Assembly (NCBI GenBank): GCA_002011125.2
Contig: MTMF02000009.1
Span: forward strand, 192,001 to 256,000
Reading direction: 5' to 3'
From: Candidatus Hydrothermarchaeum profundi
GTDB taxonomy: Archaea > Hydrothermarchaeota > Hydrothermarchaeia > Hydrothermarchaeales > Hydrothermarchaeaceae
DNA: 64,000 bases
Shown here: one piece after another, positions 59,258 through 64,000 of the stretch
How positions within the stretch are numbered: the first letter of the stretch is position 1
Layout of the letters: each line of letters begins with the position of its first letter
Program-made: the position numbers and the translations under genes
The notes under the pieces: generated by a model
The model's database searches: none
Told to the model about the DNA's origin: nothing
Seen by the model: the letters and a program-made list of their open reading frames with translations, nothing else

Positions 59258-59422
59258 ATGAGAAGAAGAAAAAATTTGATATGCGATAAATGTGGAAACC
59301 CCATAGAAGGAGTGGTGGTAGTAGTGGATTTCAGATGCTATCATCCCGATTGCACAGACAAACGGCCTTCTAGGGGAAGGGCCGTAGAGTCCTTTAAAAT
59401 TATAAGGAGGATAAAAGCATGA
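59258..59422 (+). CDS. LIM-like zinc-finger microprotein (54 aa) overlapping the pstS start
   Basis: Not in ORF track. MRRRKNLICDKCGNPIEGVVVVVDFRCYHPDCTDKRPSRGRAVESFKIIRRIKA; C-x2-C-x16-H-x2-C; ATGA overlap with pstS. Confidence 0.65.
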   Translation: MRRRKNLICDKCGNPIEGVVVVVDFRCYHPDCTDKRPSRGRAVESFKIIRRIKA

Positions 59423-60360
59423 AAAAACTCAGCCTATTTATTTTATTTTTGGCATTTTTTTTAGCCGGATGCTTGGGAGGAACAACAAATCAAGAAGGAA
59501 CTCTTTCAGGCACTGTTAAAATAGCTGGTAGTAGCACCGTTTATCCTATTTCGGTTGCTATAGCAGAAGAGTTTAACAAGAAATATCCAGAAGTCGTGAT
59601 ACCAGTCCAGTCCACAGGCACTGGCGGAGGATTTAAAAACTTCTTCATTCCTGGAAAAACGGATATTAACGGTGCAAGCCGCCCGATAAAAGAAAGCGAA
59701 ATAGAGGCTGCTAAGAAAAATGGAATAGAGCCGATTGAATTTCAGGTCGCCATTGATGCTATAACTGTGGTTGTAAATCCCGCTGCTGATTGGGTAGAGA
59801 GTATGAGTCCAGAGGAACTTAGGAAAATATGGAGACCCGATAATCCCGCAAAGAAATGGAGTGATATTAACCCAGAATGGCCTGATGAACTTATTGAGCT
59901 ATATGGGCCAACAAGTGCTTCCGGTACTTTCGATTATTTTACCGAGGTAATTATGGGGGAAAGCGGGGTATCAAGGAGTGATTATCAAGGCACTGAGCAA
60001 GATAATACTATAGTACAGGCAGTATCCCGGTCTAAATATGCACTAGGGTATTTCGGGTTAGCCTTCTACCTTCAGAACAAAGATAGATTAAAAGCTTTGA
60101 AGATTTATAATGGAGAAAGATACGTCGAGCCTAGCATAGAAACTGCGAGATCTGGGGAATATCGTCCACTTTCACGTCCATTATTCATATATGTTAACAA
60201 AAACTCTCTTAAACGGCCTGAAGTCCGGGAATTTGTAAGGTTTTATCTCGAGAGAACTAGTACTGAACTGATAACTCAAGTAGGGTATGTACCGGTGCCA
60301 GAGGAAATTAGAGAAGAAAATCTAGCTAAATTGGAACGTATATTAAGCGAACTACAGTAA
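59419..60360 (+). CDS. pstS: Phosphate ABC transporter substrate-binding lipoprotein
   Basis: LAGC lipobox, GSSTVYP, GTGGG, SGTFDYF, LSRPLFIY. Confidence 0.95.
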   Translation: MKKLSLFILFLAFFLAGCLGGTTNQEGTLSGTVKIAGSSTVYPISVAIAEEFNKKYPEVVIPVQSTGTGGGFKNFFIPGKTDINGASRPIKESEIEAAKKNGIEPIEFQVAIDAITVVVNPAADWVESMSPEELRKIWRPDNPAKKWSDINPEWPDELIELYGPTSASGTFDYFTEVIMGESGVSRSDYQGTEQDNTIVQAVSRSKYALGYFGLAFYLQNKDRLKALKIYNGERYVEPSIETARSGEYRPLSRPLFIYVNKNSLKRPEVREFVRFYLERTSTELITQVGYVPVPEEIREENLAKLERILSELQ

Positions 60361-60434
60361 ATGACAGAGATTGAAATATCGTCGGTATACCAAAAAACAT
60401 CGGATTTATATAGGAAGATATTTGATAAGATAAT

Positions 60435-61373
60435 ATGGTGGTGGAACCATCGAAGTTGACTTCCCTCACCGGTAAAAGTAGAAGCCTATCAGAAAGAGTA
60501 ATCAAATGGTTTTTCTTTTCATGTGCTCTCCTTTCAGTTATAACTACTATCGGCATAGTGTTTGTACTTATCGTGGATGCTGCAGAGTTCTTCAGCAAAG
60601 TATCCATAATCGAGTTTTTCACTAGCACACGATGGAGCCCAACTATAAAACCCGCAGAATATGGGGTGCTTCCGCTTATCAGCGGCACGCTACTGGTGAC
60701 TTTTTGGTCCGCCGTAATTGCGCTGCCTTTAGGTGTGGCGTCTGCCATATATCTTAGCGAATATGCCTCAGAAAGAGTTAGAGCTATAGTTAAACCTGCT
60801 CTTGAAATATTAGCCGGCATACCCACGGTGGTCTATGGTTACTTTGCCCTAGTATACATCACCCCTCTTTTAAGCAAAATATTTCCTAGCATTAGCGCCT
60901 TTAATGCCTTGAGTGCCTCAATTGTTATAGGAATAATGATATTACCTATGGTTTCAAGCATGAGTGAAGACGCTATGAGAGCCGTTCCAAATACGCTGAG
61001 AGAAGCGGGATATGGTCTTGGGGCTACAAAATTTCATGTCTCTACAACAATAGTTTTCCCCGCAGCACTATCAGGAATAATGGCATCTTTTATACTTGCC
61101 ATATCTCGGGCTATAGGTGAAACCATGGCAGTAACTATTGCCGCAGGAAAATACGCTCGAGTAGTAAATCCATTCAACGTTGGAGATGCATTACTCAAAC
61201 CCATCGAAACAATGACTGCTGCTATGGTAGAAATTGGAATGAGTGACGTTACAGGAGATTCTGTAGCTTACAAAAGCTTGTTCGCAGTCGGCTTGACCCT
61301 CTTTGTAATGACTTTCTTGATGAACGTTCTAAGTCAATATATCAAATCTAAGTACCGAGAGGTATATCAATGA
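60435..61373 (+). CDS. pstC: Phosphate ABC transporter permease
   Basis: [20 protein letters not shown]. Confidence 0.95.
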   Translation: MVVEPSKLTSLTGKSRSLSERVIKWFFFSCALLSVITTIGIVFVLIVDAAEFFSKVSIIEFFTSTRWSPTIKPAEYGVLPLISGTLLVTFWSAVIALPLGVASAIYLSEYASERVRAIVKPALEILAGIPTVVYGYFALVYITPLLSKIFPSISAFNALSASIVIGIMILPMVSSMSEDAMRAVPNTLREAGYGLGATKFHVSTTIVFPAALSGIMASFILAISRAIGETMAVTIAAGKYARVVNPFNVGDALLKPIETMTAAMVEIGMSDVTGDSVAYKSLFAVGLTLFVMTFLMNVLSQYIKSKYREVYQ

Positions 61374-62239
61374 GTAGGGTGGTAGTAGGCGGTATAAGAG
61401 ACTGGAAAGATTTTGGTTTTCTATTTTTATGTATCGGTGCAACATGGGTCGGGATACTTTCTCTCGCAGCGTTATTGGTATATGTTTTCTGGGACGCGAT
61501 TGGATGGATTGACTGGCAGTTTATAACTAGCCCACCTTCAAGGTTCGCTGAAGAAGCAGGCTTATATCCTTCTCTTGTGGGGTCTATATTCGTAATAACT
61601 CTTGTTGGAATTCTTTCTTTACCGTTGGGTGTAGGGGCTGCCATCTATTTGCAGGAATATTCTACGAGTTCATTTCTCACCAAACTAATAGAAACAAATA
61701 TATCAAATCTCGCTGGAGTACCCTCTATTGTTTATGGACTTTTAGGCTTAGGTATCTTTGTCTCTACCTTAGGATTGCCTCATGGGACAGTGATTGTAGG
61801 TGCATTTACTTTAACCCTACTAATCCTCCCGATAGTGATAGTCTCTTCCCAAGAAGCTATAAAGGCTGTACCAGATACTCTTAGACATGCCGCCTATGGA
61901 ATTGGCGCTACACGGTGGCAAACGATTAGAAGCGTTGTGCTACCTCAGGCCATCCCGGGGATCATGACTGGAACTATTTTGGCTCTTGCTAGAGCCATGG
62001 GGGAAACGGCCCCCCTAATAATGATTGGAGCTGCAACATCAATATTTACCTCCCCTCGTGGGATATTTAGCCCCTTTAGTGCTATGCCTCTCCAGATATT
62101 TGCATGGTCTGATCTCCCTCAGCGAGAGTTCCAGCATGGTGTTACTCCGGCTGCAATAGTGGTGCTTCTAATTATTTTGCTCTCTATGAATGCTGTTGCT
62201 ATATTCATACGGCATAAATATCAGAAGCGGAGAAGATGA
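61370..62239 (+). CDS. pstA: Phosphate ABC transporter permease
   Basis: [20 protein letters not shown]. Confidence 0.95.
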   Translation: MSRVVVGGIRDWKDFGFLFLCIGATWVGILSLAALLVYVFWDAIGWIDWQFITSPPSRFAEEAGLYPSLVGSIFVITLVGILSLPLGVGAAIYLQEYSTSSFLTKLIETNISNLAGVPSIVYGLLGLGIFVSTLGLPHGTVIVGAFTLTLLILPIVIVSSQEAIKAVPDTLRHAAYGIGATRWQTIRSVVLPQAIPGIMTGTILALARAMGETAPLIMIGAATSIFTSPRGIFSPFSAMPLQIFAWSDLPQREFQHGVTPAAIVVLLIILLSMNAVAIFIRHKYQKRRR

Positions 62240-63054
62240 AATTCAAAATGAAGTTACCAAGTAAAATAGAGCAGGAAATCATTGACAGTAGCACAAAATC
62301 TTCCACTGTACTAGAATGTAGAAATTTAAGTGTATTTTATGGTGATAAGCCCGCAATCAAAAATGTTAACATGAAGATTTTCAGGAACAAAGTCACTGCG
62401 ATTATAGGGCCAAGTGGATGCGGCAAATCTACTATTCTCAGATGTTTTAATAGAATGAACGATCTCATCAAAGGAGCTAAAGTTGAAGGAGAGGTATTAT
62501 TTGATGGGAAAAATATTTACAGTCAAGATATAGACCCAGTAGAGCTACGAAGAAGAATTGGTATGGTCTTCCAAGTGCCTAATCCATTTCCTAAAACGAT
62601 ATTTGACAACGTAGCATATGGCCCAAGAATCCATGGTGAAAAAAATAAAGAAAAGCTTAGAAGAATTGTCGAAGACAGCCTTAGAAAAGCTGCTTTATGG
62701 GATGAAGTAAAAGATCGTTTGAATACTAACGCCCTAGACCTTTCTGGGGGCCAGCAACAGAGACTCTGCATTGCCAGAGCCTTAGCGGTCCAGCCAGAGG
62801 TGATTCTTATGGACGAACCAGCATCCGCGCTGGACCCTATTGCAACTGCTAAAATCGAGGAGCTTATATTAAATCTAAAAAAAGAATATACTGTAGTAAT
62901 CGTTACTCACAACATGCAACAAGCTGCCAGAGTAGGCGACTATACAGCGTTCTTTCTGATGGGAGAGTTAATAGAATATGACGTAACTTCGAAGATATTC
63001 GAAAAACCCTCTGACAAACGCACAGAAGACTACATAACGGGGAGGTTTGGATAA
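62236..63054 (+). CDS. pstB: Phosphate ABC transporter ATPase
   Basis: [34 protein letters not shown]. Confidence 0.97.
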   Translation: MKFKMKLPSKIEQEIIDSSTKSSTVLECRNLSVFYGDKPAIKNVNMKIFRNKVTAIIGPSGCGKSTILRCFNRMNDLIKGAKVEGEVLFDGKNIYSQDIDPVELRRRIGMVFQVPNPFPKTIFDNVAYGPRIHGEKNKEKLRRIVEDSLRKAALWDEVKDRLNTNALDLSGGQQQRLCIARALAVQPEVILMDEPASALDPIATAKIEELILNLKKEYTVVIVTHNMQQAARVGDYTAFFLMGELIEYDVTSKIFEKPSDKRTEDYITGRFG

Positions 63055-63767
63055 TGTTAATAGTGCATATGTCAGACTTACATTTCGGTCCAAAATTCAA
63101 TTCTACTGCGTTTGAACAAGCGGTAGATGAAATAAACTCTCTTGATCCAGACATGATAGTCATAACTGGTGACCTCTCTAATGAAGGATTGCTCCCAGAA
63201 TTTGAAATGGCTAAAGAAAAGCTTAGTGCCTTAGAATGTAAAAATATGATTATTTGTAGCGGTAATCATGATTACAGGAACACAGGATACTTACTTTTGA
63301 ATAAATTTTTCCCGCTCAGGCAAACATATGAAATAGGAGGAGTATCGATAATAGTACTGAAAACTGCGAGACCTGATAAGGATGAAGGAGAGGTCGGGTT
63401 TAGGCAGACCCAATGGATGCTCAAACAGATAAAAAAAGATAAACTTACTATTATCGCAATGCATCACCACCTAGTTCCGGTACCTGATACAGGACTAGAA
63501 AGACATACCGTTATAGACGCAGGCGACGTGCTTAAAGCTTTAAGAAAAGCTGAAATTTCTGCAGTCCTCTGCGGACATAAACACAGACCCTGGAAATGGG
63601 ATTTTGAAAACTTTTCAATAATCCATGCAGGTAGCTTAAGCGATTTTAAACTTAGAGGTTTCTTCCATAACTCTTACAATATAATTGAAATACAAGATAA
63701 CGAAATTGACGCAAAAGTAAAAATTATAGGTGGAAAGGATTTAAGCTTCGAGGAGCTGAGGAATTGA
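63054..63767 (+). CDS. Calcineurin-like metallophosphoesterase
   Basis: SDLH, TGD, GNHD, HHH, GHKH motifs. Confidence 0.9.
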   Translation: MLIVHMSDLHFGPKFNSTAFEQAVDEINSLDPDMIVITGDLSNEGLLPEFEMAKEKLSALECKNMIICSGNHDYRNTGYLLLNKFFPLRQTYEIGGVSIIVLKTARPDKDEGEVGFRQTQWMLKQIKKDKLTIIAMHHHLVPVPDTGLERHTVIDAGDVLKALRKAEISAVLCGHKHRPWKWDFENFSIIHAGSLSDFKLRGFFHNSYNIIEIQDNEIDAKVKIIGGKDLSFEELRN

Positions 63768-64000
63768 AGGTTCTCTTTGTGTGTATAGGCAACTCGGCAA
63801 GAAGTCAAATAGCAAAAGCTTTCTTTAACTTCTTTACAAAGAGCGAGATGGCTGATAGTGCTGGCACAGAGCCGGCTCAAAAGGTGAGTAAAAAAGCTGT
63901 AAAAGTAATGCAGGAAATTGGAATAGATATAAGTAAAGAAAAGCCTAAACCGCTAACACGAGAGATGGTATCTCGAGCTGTGAGGATTATAACTATGGGA
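63764..64000 (+). CDS. arsC: Thioredoxin-type arsenate reductase / LMW-PTP family, 5' part
   Basis: Not in ORF track. MKVLFVCIGNSARSQIA...SAGT...VMQEIGIDIS...IITMG; C-x5-R P-loop; runs off window. Confidence 0.88.
   Translation, partial: MKVLFVCIGNSARSQIAKAFFNFFTKSEMADSAGTEPAQKVSKKAVKVMQEIGIDISKEKPKPLTREMVSRAVRIITMG

Noticed and set aside
1-64000. CRISPR array, rRNA, IS element, pyl genes, selenocysteine recoding
   Set aside because: No regularly spaced repeats, rRNA-like tract, transposase or pylTSBCD seen, and no gene appeared to be interrupted by an in-frame TGA.

Overview
AT-rich archaeal chromosomal window (TBP, Alba, LSm, aIF-2beta-TRAM, rpS17e, SMC-ScpA-ScpB, archaeal RNase HII) from a probable anaerobic euryarchaeote. 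A non-methanogen such as Hydrothermarchaeota is an inference from gene content only. Housekeeping genes are interleaved with accessory metabolism: (i) an MtbB-family methyltransferase whose gene reads through an in-frame UAG at the conserved pyrrolysine position, divergent from a corrinoid protein-AOR-ferredoxin-class III aminotransferase operon; (ii) a cytoplasmic Mo/W-bisPGD oxidoreductase operon with two ferredoxin subunits, a free-standing copy of one subunit's C-terminal tail, a zinc-ribbon microprotein, a TorD-like chaperone and an atypical MoaA; (iii) a CbbQ/CbbO-type AAA+/VWA pair with no client in the window; (iv) a tRNA-Thr with an integrase remnant and a large tandem glycoside-hydrolase-like gene; (v) a pst operon led by a LIM-like zinc-finger microprotein. 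Several small genes missed by the ORF track and two structured intergenic elements (one exposing an anti-Shine-Dalgarno loop) were read directly from the DNA. No CRISPR array, rRNA or intact transposase was seen.
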